A program made the translations under genes and the position numbers. A model generated the notes under the pieces. The model saw nothing but the letters and a program-made list of their open reading frames with translations. It made no database searches and had not been told where the DNA came from. From a virus (lineage: Duplodnaviria > Caudoviricetes): a DNA stretch of 62,146 nucleotides. The stretch spans positions 1 to 62,146 of the IMG/VR virus record IMGVR_UViG_3300021519_000009; one strand, 5' to 3'. Below, piece by piece: positions 18,756-28,323 of this stretch (its first letter is position 1; each line of letters starts with the position of its first letter).

Positions 18756-19613
18756 ATGGAAAATACGCCCGAAGTCGAGGAAATCGAGGTTATTCCGACC
18801 GCTGAAGCAGCGCTGGCACCCCTCGACGCCGCCTCGGAAGTCCCGCCAGAGGTTCTCGAGCTTAAAAAACAGCTTGAGGACGAGAAAAGGGCGCGCATGG
18901 AGGCCGAAACACGCGCCCGTGAGGCGTCCAAGCAGGCGTTCGTCGCCAAGAATGAGACTGAAGACACCCAACTTCACCTCATCAAGAGCGCGATCGACAC
19001 CGTCAAGCGCAATAACGAGCAATTGCGGAGCGCCTATGCGTTCGCCATGTCAAGTGGCGAGTACGAAAAGGCTGCCGCGATCCAGGAAGACATCGCCACC
19101 AACGCCTACCGGCTGCAGGAGCTGGATAAGGGCCGCGATGCGATGGAAAACCGGCCCAAACAGGCCCCGCCGACCGATCCGGTCGAGGCTTTGGCGTCCC
19201 AATTGACGCCACGGAGCGCAGATTGGGTGCGAAAGCACCCGCAATGTGTGACGGACACCCGCCTCAACCAGAAGATGATCGCCGCCCACAATATGGCGAT
19301 GGCTGACGGGCATACAGCCGACACGGACGATTACTTTGCGGCCGTCGAGGGGCTGATGGGGCTGAGAAAGCCAGCGCCTGCGCCTGTCGAGGAAGACGAC
19401 AACCCGTTGTCCGAAGCCGCAGCGCCAGCGCAGCCTCGTCGGAGCGCGCCGCCGCCGGCCGCCCCGCCGACACGCGCGTCGACCACCAGCAGCAACCGCG
19501 CCATTCGGCTGTCGGAGGCTGAACTTGAGATTGCGGAGATGAACAACATGACCCCGCAAGAGTACCACGCCCAGAAACTTCGCATTGCGGCTGAATCCCG
19601 CAAGATGAATTGA
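18756..19613 (+). CDS. Putative capsid scaffolding protein
   Basis: Acidic coiled coil, Pro-rich linker, C-terminal IRLSEAELEIAEMNNMTPQEY; position before capsid genes. Confidence 0.65.
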   Translation: MENTPEVEEIEVIPTAEAALAPLDAASEVPPEVLELKKQLEDEKRARMEAETRAREASKQAFVAKNETEDTQLHLIKSAIDTVKRNNEQLRSAYAFAMSSGEYEKAAAIQEDIATNAYRLQELDKGRDAMENRPKQAPPTDPVEALASQLTPRSADWVRKHPQCVTDTRLNQKMIAAHNMAMADGHTADTDDYFAAVEGLMGLRKPAPAPVEEDDNPLSEAAAPAQPRRSAPPPAAPPTRASTTSSNRAIRLSEAELEIAEMNNMTPQEYHAQKLRIAAESRKMN

Positions 19614-19623
19614 GGAGAACACC

Positions 19624-20313
19624 ATGATTGAAGAAAACACTGGCCGCGCCGCCAATCTCGCCAAGGCCCGCGCCGCTCGGGCCGCCAACCGCGAAAAGGC
19701 CCGCATCGAGGCTGAAACCAAGGCAGAAGTGAACAGCTACGGCGTGTCCGAAGCCTTGATGGCGACGCCGGCCAAGCGGTCGTCGACTGTCCCCCCCGAC
19801 TTGCAACAGGCATCGCCTACTGCAGCACGTCCGGCCATGTCGTCAGCCGAAGCATCCCGTGAACGCGCCCGTCGCAGGTCTGCGGAAGTGCGCGAGAACA
19901 TCGGCGACCTCGATCAGGGGCTCGACGAGTTCTACATCGACCCGCGCATCATTCCCGAAGGCTGGTCCTACGAGTGGAAGATGAACACCGTGCTTGGTCA
20001 GCCCAATCCGGCCTACCAGGTCCAGTTGCAGCGCATGGGCTGGGATTGCGTGCCGGCCGAGCGGCACCCGGAGATGATGCCGGCCGGCGACAAGCACTTC
20101 ACCATCGAGCGCAAGGGCATGGTGCTGATGGAGCGGCCGGCTGACCTCACTGAAGAGGCCAAGAATATCGAAAAACGCCGCGCCCGCCAGCAAATCCAGA
20201 ACAAGCAGGAGCAGCTTGGTCAGGCGAAGCCGGGCGAGTTCGATCGCAACAACAAGGACACGCCGCTGGTCAAGATCAAGACCGGCTACGAGCCCGTGCA
20301 GATACCGAATTAA
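19624..20313 (+). CDS. Conserved head-module hypothetical protein
   Basis: PEGWSYEW..GWDCVPAERHPE..GMVLMERP; GAGGAG RBS. Confidence 0.7.
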   Translation: MIEENTGRAANLAKARAARAANREKARIEAETKAEVNSYGVSEALMATPAKRSSTVPPDLQQASPTAARPAMSSAEASRERARRRSAEVRENIGDLDQGLDEFYIDPRIIPEGWSYEWKMNTVLGQPNPAYQVQLQRMGWDCVPAERHPEMMPAGDKHFTIERKGMVLMERPADLTEEAKNIEKRRARQQIQNKQEQLGQAKPGEFDRNNKDTPLVKIKTGYEPVQIPN

Positions 20314-20320
20314 GCCTCAC

Positions 20321-20375
20321 TTGACACTCCTCCCGAGATGTGTATTTTAGGAATATACGCCCCTCTCGGGAGGGG
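20321..20375 (+). promoter_or_regulatory. Candidate capsid-operon promoter overlapped by an inverted repeat
   Basis: TTGACA-N16-TATTTT; CTCCCGAGA / TCTCGGGAG. Confidence 0.45.
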
Positions 20376-20445
20376 TTTAGTCATCACCCGGTCCTGAACT
20401 GCCCCGGCGCGCAGCGATGGCCTTCCTGAAAAGGGAGCCATTGCT

Positions 20446-21042
20446 ATGGCTAACACTTCGAGCCCGTTCGGCTTTCGTCAGTATCGAGGCACCGGCTCTG
20501 CTCCGACTTATGAGCAGGCCGAAATGCAGATCGCCTACAACAATTCCACCCCGATCTATTCCGGCGACGCGGTCATTCCGCTCTCGACCGGCTACATCGC
20601 GCAGGCCACCGCCTCCACGGTCGCCATGGCCGGCATCTTCGTCGGCTGCAAATATCTCTCCACCTCGCAGAAGCGCACCGTCTGGTCCAACTACTGGCCC
20701 GGCAACGACGTCGCTTCGGGCAATGACGTCACCGCTTATGTCATCAACGACCCGAACGCGCAGTTCCTCGTGCAGGCTGGCGGCACCAACATCGGCTTCG
20801 CCAACATCGGCGAGTACATCCAGTTGAACGTCGGCACCGGCAACTCGTCCACCGGCATCAGCGGCATGTATGTCGAAAGCCCGGCCACCACGGTCACTCT
20901 TCCGTTCATCGTCCGCGGCATCGTGGCTGACCCGCCCGGCACCAACGGGACGCTCATCACGGGGGCGTATAACTACGTCATCGTCGGCTTCAACAACGCT
21001 CTGACCCGCACCAACGGTGCTGGCCCGACCGGCATCGCGTAA
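20446..21042 (+). CDS. Putative head decoration (minor capsid) protein
   Basis: MANTSSPFGF, IYSGDAV, GIFVGCKY, VINDPNAQF; directly before MCP; very high GC3. Confidence 0.7.
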   Translation: MANTSSPFGFRQYRGTGSAPTYEQAEMQIAYNNSTPIYSGDAVIPLSTGYIAQATASTVAMAGIFVGCKYLSTSQKRTVWSNYWPGNDVASGNDVTAYVINDPNAQFLVQAGGTNIGFANIGEYIQLNVGTGNSSTGISGMYVESPATTVTLPFIVRGIVADPPGTNGTLITGAYNYVIVGFNNALTRTNGAGPTGIA

Positions 21043-21054
21043 GGAGCCTAGATC

Positions 21055-21969
21055 ATGGCCGTCAATCTTTCATCCATCAAAGATCTGCTCCTGCCGGGCC
21101 TTCGTGGCATCGAAGGCAAGTACGAGCAGATTCCGCGCCAGTGGGACAAGATCTTCACGAAGCACACGTCGAAGATGGCCCTCGAGCGCACCGCCGAAAT
21201 GCGGTTCCTCGGCTACGCCCAACTGAAGACGGAAGGCGGTCAGACCTCCTTCGACAATTCGGCTGGCGAGCGGTTCGTCTACAACCAGGAACACATCGAA
21301 ATCGGCCTCGGCTACGCGATCACCCGCAAAGCCATCGACGACAACCTCTACAAGAGCCAGTTCGCCCCGTCGAACCTCGGCCTCATGGAGTCCTTCAACC
21401 AGACTGAAGAACTCTACGGCGCGAACGTCCTCAACACCGCGCAGACCTACAACAGCGCGATCGGCGGCGACGGCGTGGCTCTCTGCTCCGCCTCCCACCC
21501 CATCGACGGCGGCACCGTCGCCAACCAGCCGGCCATCCAGGCCGACCTGAACGAGGCGACCCTGCTCAACGGCATGATCTCCATCCGCACCAACTTCCGC
21601 GATCAGGCAGGCCTCAAGGTCTTCGCCCGTGGCCGGAAGCTCATCGTGCCGCCGCAGCTTGAGCCCGTCGCAATCCGCCTCTTGAAGACGGAACTGCGCC
21701 CCGGCACCGCCGACAACGACACTAATGCGATCCTGATGACCGCTGGCGGTCTGCCGGAAGGCTACATGGTCAACGACTACCTGACCTCATCCTACGCATG
21801 GTTCCTGCTCACGAACATCGACGGGCTCTCCTACATGGAGCGTGTCAAGTTCGAGACGGACATGCAAATAGATTTTACCACCGATAACCTCCTTGTCAAA
21901 GGATATTCTCGTTTTAGTTTCGCCTACTACAACTGGCGTGCTATCTACGGTAGCTTCCCAACTACCTGA
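21055..21969 (+). CDS. Major capsid protein (Mu gpT-like family)
   Basis: LLPGL, KTEGG, LGYAITRKAIDDNLY, GGDGVALCSASHP, KLIVPPQL, NDYLTS..AWFLLT. Confidence 0.88.
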   Translation: MAVNLSSIKDLLLPGLRGIEGKYEQIPRQWDKIFTKHTSKMALERTAEMRFLGYAQLKTEGGQTSFDNSAGERFVYNQEHIEIGLGYAITRKAIDDNLYKSQFAPSNLGLMESFNQTEELYGANVLNTAQTYNSAIGGDGVALCSASHPIDGGTVANQPAIQADLNEATLLNGMISIRTNFRDQAGLKVFARGRKLIVPPQLEPVAIRLLKTELRPGTADNDTNAILMTAGGLPEGYMVNDYLTSSYAWFLLTNIDGLSYMERVKFETDMQIDFTTDNLLVKGYSRFSFAYYNWRAIYGSFPTT

Positions 21970-22001
21970 TATTGCTGGTTTCATCGGAACGATAACTTGA
22001 A

Positions 22002-22787
22002 ATGAGCACTTTACATTTAAAATCCAATGTTGTAGGTTTCTCTCTGCCGACAATGGCAAGGGGAACTTACGATATGGTTGAGAATGGCAAATGCTCATAC
22101 GAAGACATGGCCGAAGTACTGTCCTACGATCCCAACACGGGTATATTCACGTGGAAGGTGACCGTAAATTCTAGGGCGAAGGTCGGCTGCCCCGCTGGAA
22201 TGTCGCAGCGCATGAAGAACGGGAAGTTTTATTCCTCGATCACTTATCGTGGAGTAAAATTCTCCAGCGCACAGGTAGCGTGGCTTTTGCACAACAAGGA
22301 ATGGCCGGATCGCACTGTCTTCTACATCGACGAAGACACCACCAATCTTCGGATTTCAAATTTGAAGTTGGCTGATCGCAAGGCCAATAAGGTCGTGAGC
22401 GAAGACGGAAAAGTCAGCTACCGCATGGACAAAGAGCAGTCCCGCAGTTACGGCCTTATGCGTTACTACGGGATGTCTTATACTGAGTATGCCGAGAAGT
22501 ACGCCGAGCAGAAGGGTGTTTGCGCAATCTGTGAAAGACCCGAGACTGCAAAGGTTCCGGGGCGCAAAACGGAACATGTCCAACACAGCACCCGTGATCT
22601 TTCAGTAGACCATGACCATAAGACGGGTGCAATCCGAGGCCTTTTGTGCAACAATTGCAACCATATGCTTGGCGCTGTGAACGATAGCCGGGAACTTCTG
22701 TTGTCTGCCATCAAATACCTCGACAAGCATTCCGACAAATCATCCGAGCGGCCTCTGTTGGCTGTCGTTAACAAGGAGACCCTCTGA
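22002..22787 (+). mobile_element. Free-standing homing-endonuclease-like gene: degenerate HNH plus endonuclease VII domain
   Basis: LSYDPNTGIFTW...LRISNL; CAIC...VDHDHKTGAIRGLLCNNCN; lower GC than flanks. Confidence 0.8.
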
Positions 22788-23932
22788 TGTCCATCACCGC
22801 CTTCGCCGGTCCGGTCATCTCTTTCGGCCAGAGCCCCTACGCTGGCTCCGAGTACAACAAGGATCTTGGCCCGTCGCTCTTCTACGCGGGCGACGGCATC
22901 CTCGACCCCCGCAGCCCATTCACGTATGTTCCGGGCTCTGGCGCTAACCAGCCGGCGGCCGGCTTCCTCGGCACCGCCTACATCAACACGCTGAACTACC
23001 AGCCCTACGCCAAGGGCGTGGCGGCGATCGCGGCTGCTGCCAACGTCGTCAGCGGCACGGCCATGACGCTGGTGTCGTCTGCCTCGACGACCACGGGCGT
23101 CTCGGTCAGCCAGTATTGCATCAATGCGGCGACTGGCGCGCTTGTCAGCGGCCTCATCATGCTGGACGGCTACGCGAGCTTCACAGGTGTCGTGGCGGCT
23201 GGCGTACTGACTGTCAGCGCCCTGACCGGCACGGTGACGCCGGGCATGGTCATCGCCGGCACTGGCGTCACGACTGGCACTTATGTGTCATCTCAGTTGA
23301 CTGGCCCGACTGGCGGCGCAGGCACCTACACGGTGGTCGGGTCGACGACTGTCAGCAGCACCACGATCACAGGCTCGACCTCGAGCCCGGTGACTGGCAA
23401 CTCGCCGCTTCGCTTTCCGTTCGGCAACACCGGCCATGTCTGCCCGTGGAACCCGCAGGCCCTGTGCGCTCGCACGGTGGCTGTGACCGGTTCCTCGTCT
23501 GCAACTGGCGGTAATATCACGGTCGCTGGCTATGACATTTACGGTTATCCGATGACCGAGACGATCGCGGCACCGGCCGGCGCGACGCAGGTCGCTGGCA
23601 AGAAGGCGTTCAAGTACATTGCGTCGGTGACCCCGGCCTTCACGGACGCCCATAATTACTCGATTGATACACTGGACGTGTTTGGCTTCCCGATCCGGTC
23701 AGACTTTTACGGCGACGTCAGCGTCGACTACAACGCCACGAAGATCACGGCCTCGACTGGCTATCTGGCGGCTGTCACCACCAGCCCGGCGACTGCTACG
23801 ACCGGCGACGTGCGCGGCACTTACGCGGTGCAGTCTGCGGCCGACAACACCAAGCGACTGTTTTTCTATCAGTCGCCGGAACTCTCGAACATTGGCAGCG
23901 TCGCTGGCCTGTTCGGTGTCACTCAGGCTTAA
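22787..23932 (+). CDS. Virion structural protein (Thr/Gly/Ala-rich)
   Basis: 381 aa; GYDIYGYPMTE, GKKAFKYI, TATTGDVRGTY. Confidence 0.7.
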   Translation: MSITAFAGPVISFGQSPYAGSEYNKDLGPSLFYAGDGILDPRSPFTYVPGSGANQPAAGFLGTAYINTLNYQPYAKGVAAIAAAANVVSGTAMTLVSSASTTTGVSVSQYCINAATGALVSGLIMLDGYASFTGVVAAGVLTVSALTGTVTPGMVIAGTGVTTGTYVSSQLTGPTGGAGTYTVVGSTTVSSTTITGSTSSPVTGNSPLRFPFGNTGHVCPWNPQALCARTVAVTGSSSATGGNITVAGYDIYGYPMTETIAAPAGATQVAGKKAFKYIASVTPAFTDAHNYSIDTLDVFGFPIRSDFYGDVSVDYNATKITASTGYLAAVTTSPATATTGDVRGTYAVQSAADNTKRLFFYQSPELSNIGSVAGLFGVTQA

Positions 23933-23944
23933 CAGGAGCACGCC

Positions 23945-24232
23945 ATGAAGGGTAGAATTGCACGCAAGGATGGCGGCCCCGTCAAGGGCGTTGTTGATGA
24001 CGACGCGGCCCCCTCGGTTGTATATGCCGGCAAGGGCAGCAACGTCGAGAAGGAAGCCAAGGAGCGCAAGGCTGGCGGGCGCATTGCTCGCAAGGGCGGC
24101 GGTCCTGTCGGCGGCGCTCCGTCTTCGGCCAACGCTGGCCGCACGCCCCGCAAGTCGGGTGGCGGACTGTTTTCGGCTGCGGCAAAGGGCACGAAGCCCG
24201 CAGGTCGCATGACCATGAAGGCCGAGTGCTGA
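23945..24232 (+). CDS. Small basic protein with four RKxGG repeats
   Basis: RKDGG, RKAGG, RKGGG, RKSGG; AGGAG RBS. Confidence 0.7.
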   Translation: MKGRIARKDGGPVKGVVDDDAAPSVVYAGKGSNVEKEAKERKAGGRIARKGGGPVGGAPSSANAGRTPRKSGGGLFSAAAKGTKPAGRMTMKAEC

Positions 24233-24276
24233 TTACGAGCGCCGCTGCTTTCTTTTGAGTTTCTGAAGGAGCAGAA

Positions 24277-25236
24277 ATGCGCAAGGTAGTTGTTTCTGTT
24301 GGCCCACTCGCATCGGCCAGCGCCACGAAGATCGCAACCGCGCAGCGTCCCTACGCTGCCGGTTCTTTGGCGTTGATCGGGGCCGCGTCTGACGCCGTCT
24401 CGACGACTGTGTGCGCCAGCCAGGCACCTGTGGCGGCCGCGTTCACCATCAATGGCACGCAAGCCTCTGGCGGCGTCGCGTACCTGAAGTCGACTTCCTA
24501 CATCTACATCACGTCTTCGGGTGACGACCACACGCGGACGTGCGCGATCGTCGGCGTCGACGGCAATGGCACGTCTGTTTCCGAGACGGTGACGCTGACG
24601 AATGCCCAGTCGGTGTCGAGCGCGAAGACGTACTACAAGATCATTTCGATCACTCCGTCCGGCGCGATCGCCGCGAACGTGACGGTGGGCAGCTACACGA
24701 GGGCGACACTCGATACCGCTCGCCGCGTCCTGCTGACCACGACTGCCGACGAGACGGGCAACACGATCACGCTTTACGGCACCAACTGGGCCGGCGATTT
24801 GATCAGCGAGACGATTACGGGCGTCAACAACACGACGGCCTACAGCGTGCTTGACTATCTGAGCATCTACAAGGCGACGGTGTCGGCGGCCGCAGCTGGC
24901 AACATCTCGCTTGGGACGAACGGCGTCGCGTCTTCCCCGTGGGTTGAGTTCGATATGTGGGCTCCGGCTCCGACGTCGATCCAATGCACGGTGTCTGGGA
25001 CGGTGAATTATACGGTCCAGCAGACGCTTGATAATCCGAACAGCCCGACGTCGCCTGTAACGCCGGCGAATGTGACGTGGATCAACCACGCTGACACCAA
25101 TCTGGTCAGCGCGACGACCAGTGTGCAGGGCAACTATGCTTACGTCCCGGTTCTGTCTCGTGTCCTGTTGAATAGTGAGAGCGGCACCGGAAACGTGACT
25201 GCTTCCTACCTGCAAGCCAGCAATGGCCCGGCGTGA
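24277..25236 (+). CDS. Virion structural protein (beta-rich, internally duplicated)
   Basis: Two G..G..(V/I)SET(V/I)T units; NYTVQQTLD. Confidence 0.7.
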   Translation: MRKVVVSVGPLASASATKIATAQRPYAAGSLALIGAASDAVSTTVCASQAPVAAAFTINGTQASGGVAYLKSTSYIYITSSGDDHTRTCAIVGVDGNGTSVSETVTLTNAQSVSSAKTYYKIISITPSGAIAANVTVGSYTRATLDTARRVLLTTTADETGNTITLYGTNWAGDLISETITGVNNTTAYSVLDYLSIYKATVSAAAAGNISLGTNGVASSPWVEFDMWAPAPTSIQCTVSGTVNYTVQQTLDNPNSPTSPVTPANVTWINHADTNLVSATTSVQGNYAYVPVLSRVLLNSESGTGNVTASYLQASNGPA

Positions 25237-25262
25237 TACGGGCCTAACTCCTAGAGGCGCGT

Positions 25263-25454
25263 ATGTCAGGATTGACCGACACCACGACGGGCCTAACCAA
25301 TGGGACTGGCCTTTACTGGCATGTTGGTCTGGATGGTGGGGCGGGGTTGAATAACGATTCTGCGGCGACCGTGACAAACGGCATCCTGCTGGAAGACAAT
25401 GTGAGCTTCCTGCTGCTTGAGGATAATACCTCAATCCTTCTTTTGGAAAGCTGA
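25263..25454 (+). CDS. Small fibre-associated protein
   Basis: C-terminal ILLEDN..LLLEDN..LLLES repeats. Confidence 0.6.
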   Translation: MSGLTDTTTGLTNGTGLYWHVGLDGGAGLNNDSAATVTNGILLEDNVSFLLLEDNTSILLLES

Positions 25455-25457
25455 TCG

Positions 25458-26618
25458 ATGGCTAACACATCCATTTCCGGCCTCACTGGCGGCGCTGCTG
25501 TAGCGGCGGGCGATCTGTTCCCAGACGTGCAAACGGTCGGCGTTGGGCCTGTGAAGGTGACTGCTGCGCAATTGAAGACGTTTATGAGTGCGTCTCCTAC
25601 GCTCGTAACCCCGACGCTTGGCGTTGCTGCTGGCACCTCCCTCGCCCTTGGCGGGGCGACGATTGGCAGCAATGCGCTGGCGGTGACTGGTAAAACGGCC
25701 GTTTCAGATCAGGTTCTTTCCAGCCTTTCCTATGCTCGCGCAACGCCACAATTCGGAACGGCAGATTCAGGCGTCAGCGCGGTTAATAGCTCGGCGGTGT
25801 ATGTTAGCGTCAGCTCGGGCTCTGTGCTTGCGGTCTTGCCGGGGCAACTTCGAATTGGCGCGGCATCTGGAAGCCCGACTTTGTCGTTTCTTGCCAATAA
25901 CGCAGACGCTGCTGGCGGGGATTTGTTTCTATATCGCGCTGCCGCCGCCACCCTCCAACTCGGCGCAGCCGACGCCTCCTCCGCAGTCGCGCAGACGTTG
26001 CAGTTTCAGTCTTCCACCGGCGCGGCCACCACTGGCCCGACCTCGACGATTGTGCTGGCGGGCGGGGTGAGCGCGAGCGGGGCGTTTCAAATCCAGAAGA
26101 AGGTCAACGGTACGCCGACGACTATTCTGGATTGGGGCGTGACGAATGGCGGCTGGTCGTTTCCTGCTGGATCATCTTCTGTTCCCGGCGTCGCTCTTGG
26201 CGCGAATGGCTCGACGGGTATCTATTCCCGCAGCGGCGCGTTTTTTAATATCACTGCTGGCGGAACAATTGTTCTTGACGCCTCAGCCGGGAATTTCATT
26301 ATCGGGGGGATGCTTGGGTTTACTACGGGCAACTCGGCCACCGGGGCAACCGCGACGAACCTAGTTCCGTCTGCTGCGGTTCTTGCATTACAAAACTCCA
26401 CCACTCAGCAAGAGTTTCGCGTGTTTCAGACTACGACCGGGACAAAATACAAGGCGCTGGCTGGCGACGGAAACCTGATCAACGTCAGCGGCTATGCCTT
26501 CACAGATGGCGCGGCGGCGGCTCTTGGAACGCTGACAAATGCCCCTGCCGCAGGCAACCCAACAAAGTGGATACCGATCAACGACAACGGTACCACTCGC
26601 TACATTCCGGCTTGGTAA
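25458..26618 (+). CDS. Tail fibre / spike protein
   Basis: MANTSISGL N-terminus, SPTLVTPTLG, Gly/Ala/Ser-rich body, C-terminal RYIPAW. Confidence 0.65.
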   Translation: MANTSISGLTGGAAVAAGDLFPDVQTVGVGPVKVTAAQLKTFMSASPTLVTPTLGVAAGTSLALGGATIGSNALAVTGKTAVSDQVLSSLSYARATPQFGTADSGVSAVNSSAVYVSVSSGSVLAVLPGQLRIGAASGSPTLSFLANNADAAGGDLFLYRAAAATLQLGAADASSAVAQTLQFQSSTGAATTGPTSTIVLAGGVSASGAFQIQKKVNGTPTTILDWGVTNGGWSFPAGSSSVPGVALGANGSTGIYSRSGAFFNITAGGTIVLDASAGNFIIGGMLGFTTGNSATGATATNLVPSAAVLALQNSTTQQEFRVFQTTTGTKYKALAGDGNLINVSGYAFTDGAAAALGTLTNAPAAGNPTKWIPINDNGTTRYIPAW

Positions 26619-26627
26619 GGACACCAC

Positions 26628-26978
26628 ATGAAAAACATCGGCATCGGCTTCTCCCTCAACACCAAGGCCACTGGCGAGCTTTCCAAAGAGTTCGCCACCT
26701 CAGAAGAAAACATGCAGCGCCATTTCGCGCGTATGCTGGCAACCGCTGCGGCGTACACTGACAGCCGTGAGGTTCAGGTTCCTGATCCTGACAATGAAGG
26801 TCAGACCAAGACCATCACCGAGAACTACCAGCGCCCCCGCAAGCTCGGTGAATGCCTTGCTGATCTCTTGAACGAGATCGTTCGCAAGGTCGAGGCTGAC
26901 ACCCTCGCATGGGAACAGGCGCAGGCTCTTGCCAAAGCACAGGAAGCCATCAAGCCAATCGGTTTCGAGGTGAAATGA
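26628..26978 (+). CDS. Hypothetical protein (possible fibre chaperone)
   Basis: AAGGA RBS; follows fibre gene. Confidence 0.6.
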   Translation: MKNIGIGFSLNTKATGELSKEFATSEENMQRHFARMLATAAAYTDSREVQVPDPDNEGQTKTITENYQRPRKLGECLADLLNEIVRKVEADTLAWEQAQALAKAQEAIKPIGFEVK

Positions 26979-27397
26979 TCCGCCTCGCGCTCATAGCCGC
27001 TCTGGCGCTTGGGGGGTGTAATGCAGTCCTTTATGATCCGGGTGGCAATCTGGGCGAGCGCGATAAGCAATTGGCGAAAGAGGCAAAGTCAAATGCCAAA
27101 GTCAAACTTCCGTACGAATGCGACTCATCCTGCGCCGAGCAACTTTTCGACCCCGACGTTTGTGTACGACGCCCTCTACGACCTTTATTCCCGCAAGGTA
27201 CAGTTATTGGCGTCCACGCCGCTACCAATGACTTTGACGGGTCCATCTCCACTGGCGGTAATGCCTACGTTCTTTACCGCTTCGAGCGGTATCCAAAGTT
27301 CCAAGCGCGTGTAATAGCGGATCGCGCGCAGGAAAGCACCACGATGACTTACTATTCCGCCACAACCATGCACTCCTTCGGGGTGCCTTACTGCTGA
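26975..27397 (+). CDS. Predicted lipoprotein with ClpP/crotonase-like motif pattern
   Basis: MIRLALIAALALGG-C lipobox; DPGG..CDSSC..CV..IGVHAA..YP. Confidence 0.55.
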   Translation: MIRLALIAALALGGCNAVLYDPGGNLGERDKQLAKEAKSNAKVKLPYECDSSCAEQLFDPDVCVRRPLRPLFPQGTVIGVHAATNDFDGSISTGGNAYVLYRFERYPKFQARVIADRAQESTTMTYYSATTMHSFGVPYC

Positions 27398-27413
27398 TCT
27401 GAGGGGATCCAAC

Positions 27414-27599
27414 ATGAAGATCGAACTGAACAAAGAAGAAGCGCAGGTTCTCGTCAATATGATAGATATCGCCGTCAAGTCTGCAGGCTTGCAGGCGGCG
27501 GAGGCCGGCGTGCATTTCTCCAAGCTGATCCAGGCGGCCGCCAAGGCTGAAGAAAATGCGGCGGCAAATGTAGTCGAACTCCCGCAGGCCGCTGAGTAA
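27414..27599 (+). CDS. Small phage protein
   Basis: MKIELNKEE..IDIAVKSAGLQAA; GAGGGG RBS. Confidence 0.65.
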   Translation: MKIELNKEEAQVLVNMIDIAVKSAGLQAAEAGVHFSKLIQAAAKAEENAAANVVELPQAAE

Positions 27600-27610
27600 G
27601 GAATGCGAGA

Positions 27611-28321
27611 ATGTCCACCAGTGGAACGTATAACTTTGGCTCAATAGCCACTGGTGGAGCCCCCGGTCTCGGGGAAATGACTCTTTATGCCTTTAATTTG
27701 ATCGGCATCCGCAATACTTCAATTTTGCAAGAGCACATGGAATCGGCGCGTATGGCGTCGAACCTCATGCTTGGGCGGTGGTCAAGTATGGGAGTAAATT
27801 TGTGGGCCGTTGACCTCATTACGGTCCCACTAGTGCAAGGTACTTCTACCTACACGGTTGACTCCAACACCATCGTGATGCTTGACGCCTACGTCACGGT
27901 CGGCACGGGAAACGCCGCACAGAACCTGATCATGCTGCCGATCAGCCGCACTGAATATGCGTCCTACCCGAACAAGACGCAACAGGGCCGGCCGACCGTC
28001 TTCTGGTTTGATCGGCTGTTGTCGCCCACAGTGACGCTGTGGCCTGTTCCTGATGGTAGTCAGGTCAGTTTTTCATATTATCGCGTTCGCCAAATTCAGG
28101 ACGCCAATCTCCAGAACGGTCAGCAGGTCGAACTCCCGGCCTACTTCCTCGAGGCGTTCTCGCTCGGGCTGGCGCTGCGTCTCGCGATGATCTGGGCCCC
28201 GGATAAAGTGCAGCTGCTGAAGGGTGCGGCCGACGAGGCGTATCAGATAGCGGCATCTCAAAACATTGAGACGTCAAACTTCTACATCTCGCCATCCATT
28301 GCATCCTACTACAGGCCATAA
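27611..28321 (+). CDS. Head-tail adaptor / tail tubular-like protein
   Basis: MSTSGTYNF, GVNLW, ISRTEYASYPNKTQQGRPT, LWPVPD. Confidence 0.65.
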   Translation: MSTSGTYNFGSIATGGAPGLGEMTLYAFNLIGIRNTSILQEHMESARMASNLMLGRWSSMGVNLWAVDLITVPLVQGTSTYTVDSNTIVMLDAYVTVGTGNAAQNLIMLPISRTEYASYPNKTQQGRPTVFWFDRLLSPTVTLWPVPDGSQVSFSYYRVRQIQDANLQNGQQVELPAYFLEAFSLGLALRLAMIWAPDKVQLLKGAADEAYQIAASQNIETSNFYISPSIASYYRP

Positions 28322-28323
28322 TC

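Noticed and set aside
21969-22787. Group I intron in the capsid gene
   Set aside because: MCP ends with a normal stop and a complete-looking C-terminus; no room for ribozyme core elements
23929-25434. 501-aa minus-strand ORF (and similar long antisense ORFs at 5652-6533, 9982-11094, 37429-38220, 59654-61426)
   Set aside because: Arg-rich shadows of GC3-biased plus-strand genes, with no motifs or RBS
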